From Planctomycetota bacterium (lineage in GTDB: Bacteria > Planctomycetota > UBA1135 > UBA2386): DNA of 64,000 nucleotides. The stretch is from positions 3,840,001 through 3,904,000 of the forward strand of contig JBKAGP010000001.1 of the NCBI GenBank assembly GCA_046290465.1, read 5' to 3'. The notes beneath the pieces were generated by a model. It saw only the letters and a program-made list of their open reading frames with translations. It searched no databases and was not told the DNA's origin. The translations under genes were made by a program, and so were the position numbers. Position 1 is the first letter of the stretch, and every line of letters begins with the position of its first letter. Shown piece after piece: positions 18,197 through 27,952 of this stretch.

Positions 18197-19060
18197 ATGA
18201 ACCGAACCGCCCTGACGTTGTCGTTCTTGTTGCTCTGCACCGGCCTGTCCGCCCAGGACCCGGACCAGCAGCAGGCTCCCCAGAAGGCTCCCGCCGAGGA
18301 CCATAAGACTGCCGCCAAGGACCAGCAGGCTCCGCAGAAGGAGCCGCCGTTCGTGTTCGAGGCCGGCACGATCCCGCTGGCAGAGCTGGTCGAGAAGTGC
18401 GGCCGCTACCTGCAGTGGAACGTGCTGATCGACGAGAACGAGTTCGCGGCGGTCGTCACCGGCGGCCGCCCGCGCGGCCGCAAGGCGCCAAAGCCCGAGG
18501 CCGACAACGACCAGCCCACCGGTCCGATCGTCGAACTGCACCTGCCGGTCGTCACCGACAAGCACGGCTGCGAGGAGATGCTCAGCAGCATCCTGTGGCG
18601 GTACGGGTTCGCGCTGATGCCGCTCGACGAACAGAAGGACGCCTACGAGGTGATCCTGCGGCAAGGGCAACGCGGCCGCGAGCTGATGATGCGCAGCCGG
18701 CAGCGCACGCCCGAACAGATCCTCGCGCGGCCGACGCTGCGCCAGTTCGTCACCACCGTCTACATGCTCAAGCACGCCAGCGCGCAGCAGGCCAACAACT
18801 CGCTGCGACCGTTCTTCGCCAGCATGAGCAGCAACTCGTTCGGGCTGGTCATCGGCAACTTCGGCAACAACGCGTCGCTGCTGCTCAGCGGCCCGCAGGA
18901 CCTCGTCGCCAACGCGCTACGGCTGCTGCAGTCGGCGGACCAACCGCCGCAGAACGTCGACCCGGTGACCCGGTCGCGGCTCAAGAAGCTCGAGGACTCC
19001 CACGAGAAGCTGCTCCGCGAACTCGAACGGCTCAAGCAGAAGGTCGACGCCGGGCAGTAG
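18197..19060 (+). CDS. Secreted protein with secretin (GspD-like) N-terminal domains and no secretin barrel
   Basis: Signal peptide. TTVYMLKHASAQQANNSLRPF...NASLLLSGPQDLVANALRLLQSAD resembles a Secretin_N repeat. C-terminal coiled coil. Confidence 0.65.
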   Translation: MNRTALTLSFLLLCTGLSAQDPDQQQAPQKAPAEDHKTAAKDQQAPQKEPPFVFEAGTIPLAELVEKCGRYLQWNVLIDENEFAAVVTGGRPRGRKAPKPEADNDQPTGPIVELHLPVVTDKHGCEEMLSSILWRYGFALMPLDEQKDAYEVILRQGQRGRELMMRSRQRTPEQILARPTLRQFVTTVYMLKHASAQQANNSLRPFFASMSSNSFGLVIGNFGNNASLLLSGPQDLVANALRLLQSADQPPQNVDPVTRSRLKKLEDSHEKLLRELERLKQKVDAGQ

Positions 19061-19108
19061 CGGTGACGACCGCTTCCGACCGGCGCCACCGTGACCTACG
19101 GTAGCCGG

Positions 19109-19567
19109 ATGACCGAGCCGGAAGCCGACGACACCCCCGAGACCCCGCGCGAGCCCGAGATCGAACTGCTCGGCAAGCTCGCGCGCGGCGGTCTGTTCGT
19201 CATCCGGATGGCGCTCCTCGCGGCCGGCGTCGCCGCGCTCGGCTACGGGCTCAAGAAGACGCTGACGATCGGCGACGGCTGGGCCTGGGGGGGGCTCGAG
19301 TTCCGTTCGACGCCGTCCGCCGCCGGCTTCGTCTGGATGACGGTCGGCCTGCCGCTGGCGCTGCCGGCGAACACCCTGCTCAACCGCGGCATGCCGCAAG
19401 CGGCGCTGCTGCTGACCAGCGCCGCCATGTGGTTCGGCCCGATGGCGCTCGCCGACGACAGCGCCTACGGCTGGATCCTGCGCCTGTTCGCGACGCTGGT
19501 GGCGTTCTTGTGCCTGGTGGTCTGGCGCACGCTGTGGCGGCTGACCGAGATGGAGCCCAGGCCGTAG
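19109..19567 (+). CDS. Hypothetical membrane protein (about 4 TM)
   Basis: Hydrophobic ORF with GC3 bias. TACGGT lies 6 nt before the ATG. Confidence 0.7.
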   Translation: MTEPEADDTPETPREPEIELLGKLARGGLFVIRMALLAAGVAALGYGLKKTLTIGDGWAWGGLEFRSTPSAAGFVWMTVGLPLALPANTLLNRGMPQAALLLTSAAMWFGPMALADDSAYGWILRLFATLVAFLCLVVWRTLWRLTEMEPRP

Positions 19568-19653
19568 GCGGCTCGGCGCGGCGGACGCGCCCACGGGGTT
19601 GCTCCGTCCAGCCGCGGCACCGACGATACTTGCCGCCCCTCTCCGCCGCCCAC

Positions 19654-22600
19654 ATGCAGAACCCCATCCGCCCGAGCCTGCGGCCCTTGCTGGCCGCCGC
19701 GCTGTCCGTCTGCGCGCCGTTGACCGCCCAGTGCCCTCCCGGAGCGACGATGCCGCGCGACCTCGCGCTCGAGACGACCCTGCCGGCGACCGGGCCGGCG
19801 ATGACGCGCCGCCAGACCGGCCTCGGCGCGTTGGCCGACGGCAACCTCGCCGAGGCGCGCAAGCACCTGTTCGCGGCGCTGGAGTTCCACCCGTCGTCGG
19901 CCGACCTGCTGCTCGACATCGTCTGCGCGTGCGGCGACGACGCCGACCTGCTGCAGCAGTGGACCGAACGCTACGTGCGGGCGGCGACCGACGAACGCGG
20001 CCGGATGAAGCTCGGCTCGCCGACGCGCAAGCGCCTCGGCGCGGTCGACGGCGCGATGGACGCGATCAAGCCAGCCCAGGCGCTGACGCAGAAGCGGTTC
20101 GCGGCGATCAAGGAACTGGCGCGCTACGTCACCAGGCAGAAGGCGCGCGGCAAGGACCTCGCACCGCGCGCGCTGCTGGTGCGCTGGGCGAGCGAACTGC
20201 TGCTCGAGGTCGGCGAGGGCGCGCCGGCCGCGCTCGGCGGCGTCGCCAAGGACGTCGACGCACACCAGGCGAAGTACCGGCCCGAATACGACCTGATCTA
20301 CGACGCGCTGGCCAAGGTCATGCGCACGCCGCTGCCGGCCGCGGCCGGCGACGACACCGCGCCGACGACCGGCGGCGACCGGGCGATCGACGAGATCAAC
20401 GACCGCCGCATCCGCGCCGCCCGCATCCTGCTCGGGCTGTCGCGCCAGGTGCGCTTCAAGGACCTGCAGGGCGAACGCCCGGACGGCCCCAAAAGCCTCG
20501 GCGACGAAGCGCGCGAACTGCTCGAGTCGGAGCGCAAGGCCGACGTCGAGAGCGGCAAGGTGTGGACGATTGAAGAGCTCGAGAACATGAGCCTCGACGA
20601 GTCGCTGCGCTTCACCGAGCAGCACCGCGACTGGCACAACCCTGGCATCGCGCTGAGCCCGAAGGGTCTCTACCGCGTCGAGACGATCTGCGGGCACGGC
20701 ACGCTGCTCGGCGCCGCCAAGACCATCGAGCTGCACCACCACCGGCTGGTCAACCACTACGGCAAGGATCCGTTCGACGGCCGCCGCGGCATCGCGCGCA
20801 TCGTGCCGGAGGTCGACGACCTCGAGACCGAGGGCGCGCCGTTCTGGTGGGCCGCCGGCTTCCAGTCGGGCGACCGCACCACGGTGCGGTTCTCGTGGGG
20901 CACGATCCCGGGCCTCGGCCGCACGCTGACGCACGAACTGACGCACCGCTTCGACGGCGTGATCCGACCGTTCTTGCCGGCCTGGTACGTCGAGGGGCAC
21001 GCCGACTGGACCGGTGCGCACTACGCCAAGATGGCCGACGAGACGTTCGTCGACGACATGCTCAAGATCGGCACCGCGGCCCACACGTTCTACAAGGGCT
21101 ACGGCGGCAAGCGGAAGTTGAAGCAGCTGCTCGAGGGCGAGGTCGACGACTACCGCGACAACTACTTCGCGGGCTACTCGCTCTACACGTTCTTGCAGAC
21201 CTACCCGCCGAACCAGCCGCGCTACGCCGCGGCGCTGCCGAAGTTCGAGCGCAACGCGCGGGCCGGCCAGCGCGACCCGCTCGGCTACTTCCTGGCGACG
21301 TTCTGCGACGGCAAGGACGGCCGGCCAGCGGACTTCGACGGGCTGCACGAGGACTGGCGCACGTTCGTGCGCGGCTGCTACGACTGGCAGGATCGCAAGC
21401 GCGAGAACAACCGCTGGATCCGCAACTACCGCCATGGCCCCGGCAAGGGCGACAAGGCGCCGATGGTCATGGACGAGCCGACCTGGTCGTGGGGACGCAA
21501 CCGCGCCGAGCCCTACTACGGCCAGGAGCACGCCGCCGCCGCGACGCTGCTGCTCGCCGAGGTCGCCGACCTCGACGCGACGATCTCAGCCGGGGTCTGG
21601 TCGCTGACCGCCGACGGCTGGCGGCCGGAGGTCGCCGCCGCGCTCGGCAAGGCGCTCGGCGCGAGCCGTTCGCAGGAGGCGAGCAAGGCGTTCTCGACGC
21701 TGGCGAACGCGCACTTCCCCGAGATCGCGACGCTCGACGGCACCGAACTGCTGGCCAGGCTGCCCAAGACCAAGGCGCTGCTGGCCGCGCTCGCAGAACG
21801 CGCCGCGACGCTGGCCACGGCCGGCCATCGCGAAGCTTCGGCCGCGACTGCACGCGAACACGCCGCCCTGCGCCACCTGTTCGGGCTGCCGCCGAGCGAG
21901 CACGCCCGGGCCGACGTCACAGCGCGCTTGCCGCGCCACCTCGGCGGCGCCGGCTTCGACGAGAGCGGGTTGACGAGCTACGAGGACCGGCGGCGCAAGG
22001 GCCTGTGGTACGTGACGCCCGAAGGCGACCTGCACGTCGGCCGCGAGAAGCCGCGCGAGGCGACCGGCGTGCTGGACCGGCGCGCGCACCAGCGGCACGC
22101 GTTCGCCCACACCGTCGGCTGGCTCGAGCCGGGCCACTACGTGCTGCGCGGGCGGGTGCACTGGACGACCTCGTACGTGTCGGGCGCGATCGTGTTCGGC
22201 TACACGCGCCGCGACCGCAACCTGCGGCTCGGGTTCTCGGCGGGCGACTTCCAGTACGCGATCGGCAAGAGCGACACCAACGACCGCAAGGGTCGCGTGC
22301 GGCTGTCGCTGGCCGGCCTGTGGGAACGCGACGGCAAGCTGCCCGACAGCCGTCGGCAGAAGACCGTCGAGATCCCCGACGAGCAGAACTGGTTCGAGTA
22401 CGAACTGATCGTTCGCGGCCCGCGCGTCGACGTGCGCATCAACGGCGAGTCGGTGATGAACTACGGCGTGCACGACGGCACGCCGATCGAGGGTCGGGTC
22501 GGCTTCGCGACGTCGACCGGCGCGATCCGCGTGCAGCAGCCGACCGTGCAGCGGCTCGACGACGAACTGACCCCGCCGGTCTTCGGCCTCGACATCGCCG

Positions 22601-23034
22601 TGCAGCCGAAGGGCGCGCTCGACGACTTCGTGCACCTGCAGACCAAGGGCATCCCGGTCGGCCCCGACGGCACGCTCGTGCTGTGGCTGCCGAAGGTCGA
22701 CGAAGGCTCGCCGGCGCAGAAGCTCGGCCGCGCGGTGCGCCCGCTGAGCCGGATCCTGCAGCACCCGCTCGAGTATCCGCAGAAGTGGGTGCTGGCGACG
22801 CCGAAGGGCATGGACCCCGCCGACCGCAAGGCCGTGCTCGAAGACCTGACCGACCTGCGCGAGCAGCCGATGGAGCTGGTCGAACACGACGTCGGCATGC
22901 CGTTCGAAGGCCCCTACTGCTGGGTCGTCTTCCTCGACGCGCAGGGCGTCCTGCGCGCCGCCGCCGAAAGCGTCGACCCCCGCCTCCACAGCAAGGTCCA
23001 GCAGTGGTCACGCCGATTCCGCCACCGCCGCTGA
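19654..23034 (+). CDS. Large secreted protein with a gluzincin-type HExxH motif
   Basis: Signal peptide (PLTAQ). TLTHELTHRF...PAWYVEGHADW gives HExxH plus a downstream E. Beta-rich C-terminal domain. Confidence 0.75.
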   Translation: MQNPIRPSLRPLLAAALSVCAPLTAQCPPGATMPRDLALETTLPATGPAMTRRQTGLGALADGNLAEARKHLFAALEFHPSSADLLLDIVCACGDDADLLQQWTERYVRAATDERGRMKLGSPTRKRLGAVDGAMDAIKPAQALTQKRFAAIKELARYVTRQKARGKDLAPRALLVRWASELLLEVGEGAPAALGGVAKDVDAHQAKYRPEYDLIYDALAKVMRTPLPAAAGDDTAPTTGGDRAIDEINDRRIRAARILLGLSRQVRFKDLQGERPDGPKSLGDEARELLESERKADVESGKVWTIEELENMSLDESLRFTEQHRDWHNPGIALSPKGLYRVETICGHGTLLGAAKTIELHHHRLVNHYGKDPFDGRRGIARIVPEVDDLETEGAPFWWAAGFQSGDRTTVRFSWGTIPGLGRTLTHELTHRFDGVIRPFLPAWYVEGHADWTGAHYAKMADETFVDDMLKIGTAAHTFYKGYGGKRKLKQLLEGEVDDYRDNYFAGYSLYTFLQTYPPNQPRYAAALPKFERNARAGQRDPLGYFLATFCDGKDGRPADFDGLHEDWRTFVRGCYDWQDRKRENNRWIRNYRHGPGKGDKAPMVMDEPTWSWGRNRAEPYYGQEHAAAATLLLAEVADLDATISAGVWSLTADGWRPEVAAALGKALGASRSQEASKAFSTLANAHFPEIATLDGTELLARLPKTKALLAALAERAATLATAGHREASAATAREHAALRHLFGLPPSEHARADVTARLPRHLGGAGFDESGLTSYEDRRRKGLWYVTPEGDLHVGREKPREATGVLDRRAHQRHAFAHTVGWLEPGHYVLRGRVHWTTSYVSGAIVFGYTRRDRNLRLGFSAGDFQYAIGKSDTNDRKGRVRLSLAGLWERDGKLPDSRRQKTVEIPDEQNWFEYELIVRGPRVDVRINGESVMNYGVHDGTPIEGRVGFATSTGAIRVQQPTVQRLDDELTPPVFGLDIAVQPKGALDDFVHLQTKGIPVGPDGTLVLWLPKVDEGSPAQKLGRAVRPLSRILQHPLEYPQKWVLATPKGMDPADRKAVLEDLTDLREQPMELVEHDVGMPFEGPYCWVVFLDAQGVLRAAAESVDPRLHSKVQQWSRRFRHRR

Positions 23035-23124
23035 GTAGCGGTACGGTACGCGGTTCATCCTCCAACTTTCGCGGCGGCAGCGCCGCCGCGAAAGTTGGAG
23101 GATGACCGCGTACCGTACCGCTAC
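23035..23124. repeat. 90-bp near-perfect inverted repeat (GTAG...CTAC), REPIN/MITE-like; probable bidirectional terminator
   Basis: Left arm 23035-23078 matches the reverse complement of right arm 23082-23124 except for one extra T. Loop is AGC. Lies between convergent genes. Confidence 0.92.
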
Positions 23125-24467
23125 TTTGGGCCGCCGGGGGGGATCAGTTGGCTCATGGCGGTGTCGCGCTGCTTGATCAGGAAGGCGAGGCGGCGCTGGG
23201 CGTCGACGGCGGCGAACTGGGGGGTCGGCGCCGGGGCGGTGCGCGCCTCCTGGTAGATCACGGCCAGCGCGTCGACGTGTTCGTCGAGCGTCGGTGAGGC
23301 TGGCGGGATCGCGGCGGCGAGCTGCGGCCACAGGGCCGGCTCGTCGATCATGCGCAGCATCGCGCGCGCGAGGTCGTCGATGTCGCCGGCCTTGGTGGCG
23401 ATCCCGGCCGCGCCGGCGCGCGTCGGCAGCGCGCCGAGGTCGCTGGTGATGCACGGACGCCCGAGCTCGAAGCACTCGTCGAGCACCAGCCCGAACGTCT
23501 CGATGCACGTGCTCGGAAACACCCCGACGTGCGGGCCGACCGCGTGCAGCGCCGCGGCGTCGAACGGACCGTGGAACGTCACCGGCAGACCGTCGGCCAA
23601 CGCCCGCAGTTCGCTTTCGAACGCCTCGCTCTCGAAACCGCCCAGCACGTGCAGAACCGCACGGCCGCTGCGCTGCTGGTGCACGCGACGGAATGCTTGC
23701 AACAGCACGTCGACGCCCTTGTGGCGCCCGATTCCACCCCAGAACGCAAAGCTCAGGGGATCGCCCTCGTGGGGCACCGGAAGCGCCGACATGCTGTTGA
23801 AGCGCTTCTTGTACCCGAGCGGCAGCGTGCGGTAACGGCTGCGGGAAACGCCCGTCGTGCGCGACAGCAGGTCGGCCGTCGAATCGACCGCGACCAGCAC
23901 CGCGCGGGCCAGCGACAGCTCGGCGCGGTAGTGGTCCCGATACAGCGTGATGCCGTCGTCGAGTTCGTGCTGCGGCTCGTAGCCGTACTTGGGCACACAG
24001 GTGCGGCAGCTGTCCGGCGACAGCTCGCGCCGACACGCCTCGTCCCCTTCGCGGCGACGGAACGCGCGCGGGCAACTCGTGTAGTAGTCGTGCAGCGTCA
24101 CCACCGCCGGCACCCCGACCCGTTCGCAGATCTCGACCAGGTTGCAGGTCAACCGCACCCAGTGGTGCACGTGCACGAGCCCCGGCCGGTGCTCGCGCAA
24201 GAACTGCTCGAAGCGCGCCTCGACACCGGGGTGCCACATCTTGACGTGGTGGTCGAAGAACAGATCGTTGCGATGTAGCCGCCACAGCGGCAGTCCCTCG
24301 ACCTCGTCGCGATCCAGCGTTACCTGCTCGGTCGCGTGCATCGTTCCCGTGAACACCGCCACGTCGACGCCGCGCGCCTGCTGCCGCTGCGCCAGGTCGA
24401 ACGTGTAGGACTCCGAACCGCCGCGGTGTTCGGGCAGGAACTGGTGGATCACGTGCAGCACGTCCAT
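23121..24467 (-). CDS. Glycosyltransferase family 4 (GT-B)
   Basis: VLHVIHQFLPEHRGGSESY, LVHVHHW, VVTLHDYY..CPR, HKGVDVL, FPSTCIETFGLVLDE...SDLGAL. Confidence 0.9.
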   Translation of the reverse strand: MDVLHVIHQFLPEHRGGSESYTFDLAQRQQARGVDVAVFTGTMHATEQVTLDRDEVEGLPLWRLHRNDLFFDHHVKMWHPGVEARFEQFLREHRPGLVHVHHWVRLTCNLVEICERVGVPAVVTLHDYYTSCPRAFRRREGDEACRRELSPDSCRTCVPKYGYEPQHELDDGITLYRDHYRAELSLARAVLVAVDSTADLLSRTTGVSRSRYRTLPLGYKKRFNSMSALPVPHEGDPLSFAFWGGIGRHKGVDVLLQAFRRVHQQRSGRAVLHVLGGFESEAFESELRALADGLPVTFHGPFDAAALHAVGPHVGVFPSTCIETFGLVLDECFELGRPCITSDLGALPTRAGAAGIATKAGDIDDLARAMLRMIDEPALWPQLAAAIPPASPTLDEHVDALAVIYQEARTAPAPTPQFAAVDAQRRLAFLIKQRDTAMSQLIPPGGPK

Positions 24468-24515
24468 CGGCGCCGATGCTACGCGCACGGACTCGCCGCG
24501 GATACGCTGCCGGCG

Positions 24516-25289
24516 ATGAACGCGCTCGCCCGCCAGCTCCTCGTGCTCGCGCCCTTCGCCCTCGCCGGCTGCCAGCTGTCGCAGCAGGCGCCGGTGACGC
24601 CGCAGCGCCCGACCGTCTCGTTCGACACCGCCACCACCGCACCCGGCACGTTCGAGCTCGAGACCGGCGTCAACGTCGACCCCGGCGACTTCTTCGACAC
24701 GCCCAACACGCTCAAGTACGGCACCGGCGAACGCACCGAGCTGTTCGTCGGCTGGTCGCCACTGCAGGTCCTGTCGCAACCCGGCGAGGACGCCGACGGC
24801 GCCAGCGACGTCGTGCTCGGTGCGCGGCACCGGCTGTGGGACGCCGACGACGGCACGCCGTCGGGCGCGGTCGTGCTGAGCGGCAAGCTGCCGACGGCCA
24901 GCTCCAACAACGGCCTCGGCTCGGGCGAGGTCGACCTGCGTGTCGGCGGCATCCTCAACCAGTCGTTCGGCGACGTCTCGGCCAACCTGTTCTACCAGTA
25001 TGGCGCGCTCGGCCAGGCCAGCGGCGGCACCACCTCCGAGCACATCGCGACGCTGACGCTCGGCACGCCGCTCGCCGAAGACGTCGGCGGGTTCTTCGAA
25101 CTGGGCGGACAGTTCGTGCCGACCACCGACACCGACGCGCTGTTCGCGATCACCGGCGTCACCTGGTCCTACTCGCCGTCGCTGGTGTTCGACGGCGGCG
25201 TCAACGTCGGGCTGTCCGACGACGCGGCCGACCTGCAGGTGTTCTTCGGCTGCACGTGGAACCTCGGCGGCCCACCGATGCGCCGCTGA
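24516..25289 (+). CDS. Outer-membrane beta-barrel 'transporter' (Phenol_MetA_deg-like), lipoprotein signal
   Basis: LAGC lipobox. PQRPT...T.APG.FELETG, LKYG, KLPTAS...GSG..D, FDGGVNVGL. Confidence 0.7.
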   Translation: MNALARQLLVLAPFALAGCQLSQQAPVTPQRPTVSFDTATTAPGTFELETGVNVDPGDFFDTPNTLKYGTGERTELFVGWSPLQVLSQPGEDADGASDVVLGARHRLWDADDGTPSGAVVLSGKLPTASSNNGLGSGEVDLRVGGILNQSFGDVSANLFYQYGALGQASGGTTSEHIATLTLGTPLAEDVGGFFELGGQFVPTTDTDALFAITGVTWSYSPSLVFDGGVNVGLSDDAADLQVFFGCTWNLGGPPMRR

Positions 25290-25298
25290 GTCCACACG

Positions 25299-26468
25299 TC
25301 ACAGCAGCACTTCGAACCGCAGCGTCAACACCAGCGCGTCGTCGATGCCGCGCTGGCCCGACGGATCGTGCAGCCACTGCACGTCCGGCATCGCGACCAG
25401 CCACGGCGTCGCCTGCAGCCGCCAGAACAGTTCGGTCGCGACCTCGCCGCCGCCGCGCAGGTCGTCGCCGCGCACGTCCCGGAAGCGCGCCCACGCGACG
25501 CCGACCCCGACCATGTCGCGCGGCCGCCAGCGACCGAGACCGGTCCAGGTCGCGCCGGCGCCGATGTAGTGCTCGATGCCGCTGCCGTCGGGGTCGACGT
25601 AGCCGTACTGACCGAACACGCGCAGGCCGCGATCGGGGTCATCGACGCCGCACGGCAGCCGCTGTTCCCAGTTGACGAACGCGCCGGCGAGGCCGTCGCG
25701 AGTGGCTCCGTCGGCGCGCTCGAACGGCCCCGAGTGGTGCCACGCGCCGACCGCGGCGCGCCCCTGCAGCACGTCGCCGCCGTAGCGCCAGCCGGTCTCC
25801 GCGACCGAGAACGCGCCGTCGGGCGAGCCGAACACCGTGCGCGGGCCGCGCGGTCCCGTCGCCGTTCCCGCCTGGGTGGCGCCGTCCATGACCGCAGCGC
25901 GCAGGTAGGCACCCTGCCCATCGCCGACGTCGACGAGCGCACCGAAAGAGGGGTCGGGGTAGCTCGGAAAGCCGGCGATCGTCGGCGTGAAGCCGAACGA
26001 CGAGTGCACGTGCAGCACGCCCGCGTCGACCAGCGCGAACTCGTCGTTGGCGTCGAACTTGCCGACGCGGACCCGGGCCAACCCGCTGCAGAACCGCTGC
26101 TCGACGAACAGCCGCGCCAGCTGCACGCGGTCGGGCCCGTCGATGTTGGAGTAGACCTGCACGTCGCCACTGTCGCGGCTGCCGTCGCGGCCCTGCTGGA
26201 TCTGCAGGCCACCGACGACGCGCAGGCCGTCGATGCCCAACAGGCGCGCGCCGTCGAGCGCCGCCTCGAGATCCACCAGCGCGCGCACCACGCCGCGGCC
26301 TTCGCGCCGGCCGCCGCGCGCCAGCAGCGATGCGTCGGCGATCGCCGAGGCCGAGACCTCGACGCCCGGTGGCTGCCACCACGCGGATGCCCCGTCCTGC
26401 GCGCCCGCGGACGCCGCGACACCGCCGGCCAGCAGCAGCGCCCGCAGTGCGCGCCGGCCCCAGCTCAT
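25299..26468 (-). CDS. Carbohydrate-selective porin, OprB family
   Basis: GDVQVYSNID, RVGKFDANDEF, FPSYP, ELFWRLQATPWL..MPDVQW..DPSG, LRFEVLL. Start overlaps the mgtE stop. Confidence 0.85.
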   Translation of the reverse strand: MSWGRRALRALLLAGGVAASAGAQDGASAWWQPPGVEVSASAIADASLLARGGRREGRGVVRALVDLEAALDGARLLGIDGLRVVGGLQIQQGRDGSRDSGDVQVYSNIDGPDRVQLARLFVEQRFCSGLARVRVGKFDANDEFALVDAGVLHVHSSFGFTPTIAGFPSYPDPSFGALVDVGDGQGAYLRAAVMDGATQAGTATGPRGPRTVFGSPDGAFSVAETGWRYGGDVLQGRAAVGAWHHSGPFERADGATRDGLAGAFVNWEQRLPCGVDDPDRGLRVFGQYGYVDPDGSGIEHYIGAGATWTGLGRWRPRDMVGVGVAWARFRDVRGDDLRGGGEVATELFWRLQATPWLVAMPDVQWLHDPSGQRGIDDALVLTLRFEVLL

Positions 26469-27829
26469 GTCAGGTAGGGCAGCGCCATGCTCGCCATGCC
26501 GAGCACCAGGAAGAAGCCGCAGATGTCGGTGACCGTCGTCAGGATCGGCCCCGACGCCAGCGCCGGATCCTTGCCGAAGCGCTTGATCACGAGCGGCACC
26601 AGGCCGCCGATCGACACCGCGATCAGCGTGTTGAGCATCATCGCGCCGCCGACCACCGCGCCGAGCGCCGGGTTGCCCTTCCAGACCCACGCGACCAGGC
26701 CGACCAGGCAGCCGAGCGCGGTCCCGTTGACGATGCCGACGGCCAGCTCCTTGCTCCAGACGCGCAGCAGCTCGCCCGAACGCACCAGGCCGAGCGACAG
26801 TTCGCGGATGCTGACCGCGACCGCCTGGTTGCCGGAGCAGCCGCTCATGTCGCTGATGATCGGCAGGAACACCGCCAACGCGATCACCGCCTGCAGCGTG
26901 CTCTCGTAGATCGAAATGACGCTGGCGGCGCCGAGATTGAGCACGATGTTGAGCGACAGCCACGCCAGACGGCGCGACGTTCGCGTGCGCAGCGGCATGG
27001 TGCGCAGCTCTTCGCCGCCGACGATGCCCTGCGCGGCCAGGTAGTCGTTGTCGCTGCGCTCGCCGGTCGCGACCTCGAGGTCGCGGCCGTGCACGACGCC
27101 GACCAGCCGGCCCTCGTCGTCGACGACCGGGATGCCGAGGATGTCGTGCTCGTCGAACATCGCCTCGACGTCCTCCAGCGACGCGTGGTGCGTCACCGAC
27201 CACGGGTCCGGGATCATCAGCTCCGACAGCTGCTGGTCCGGCGCCGCCCACAACAGATCGCGCACCCGCAGCACGCCGACCAGGCGGCCGTCGCGTTCGA
27301 CGACGTAGGCGTACTGCACGTCGTAGTCGGCGTATTCCTCGCGGTTCTGCCGCATGTCCTCGATGACCGCGGCGACCTTCGCGCGGCGGCGGAACGCGAG
27401 AAACTCGGTGACCATGATGCCACCGGCCTCGTCGTCCTCGTAGGCAGCGAGCGCGCGCAGGCCGCTGGCCACCTCGGGATCGAGCCTTGCGAGGATCGCC
27501 TCGGCGTCCTCGTCGTCGAGGTCGCCTATGATGTCCGCCTGCTCGTCGCTCGGCAGCTCCTCGAGGATGCGCGCCGCCGTCTCGGGCTCGAGATCCTCGA
27601 CCAGTTCGAGAACGGTCGGCTCCGGCATCTGCTCGACCAGGTCAGCGGCGTCCTCCGGCTGCAGCTGGGAGAACAGCGCCGCGCGTTCGGGCTCGCTGAG
27701 GCGCGAGATCGCGAGCACGGCGTCGTTGCCGCTCAGCTCGGCGAGGTAGTCGGAGGCGTCCGAGCCGGACTGCACGCGGGTGCGCAGTTCGGTGCAGGCG
27801 TCGAGGGCGTCACGGGTGCTCTGGTCCAT
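26465..27829 (-). CDS. mgtE: Magnesium transporter MgtE
   Basis: Acidic N-domain, AGGIMVTEF CBS pair, RRLAWL, FLPIISDMSGCSGNQA, DPALASGPILTTVTDICGF. Confidence 0.95.
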   Translation of the reverse strand: MDQSTRDALDACTELRTRVQSGSDASDYLAELSGNDAVLAISRLSEPERAALFSQLQPEDAADLVEQMPEPTVLELVEDLEPETAARILEELPSDEQADIIGDLDDEDAEAILARLDPEVASGLRALAAYEDDEAGGIMVTEFLAFRRRAKVAAVIEDMRQNREEYADYDVQYAYVVERDGRLVGVLRVRDLLWAAPDQQLSELMIPDPWSVTHHASLEDVEAMFDEHDILGIPVVDDEGRLVGVVHGRDLEVATGERSDNDYLAAQGIVGGEELRTMPLRTRTSRRLAWLSLNIVLNLGAASVISIYESTLQAVIALAVFLPIISDMSGCSGNQAVAVSIRELSLGLVRSGELLRVWSKELAVGIVNGTALGCLVGLVAWVWKGNPALGAVVGGAMMLNTLIAVSIGGLVPLVIKRFGKDPALASGPILTTVTDICGFFLVLGMASMALPYLT

Positions 27830-27952
27830 GTCGAGAAGGGCCACCGACCGCGCCGGCGAATCCGGCTGCGGCCAAGTGCGTAGGGGCGCTCCTCCTATCC
27901 ACCGACGCGATCGACGTCAACGCAAGCCCGGCGGAACTCTGCACGCGATGGC

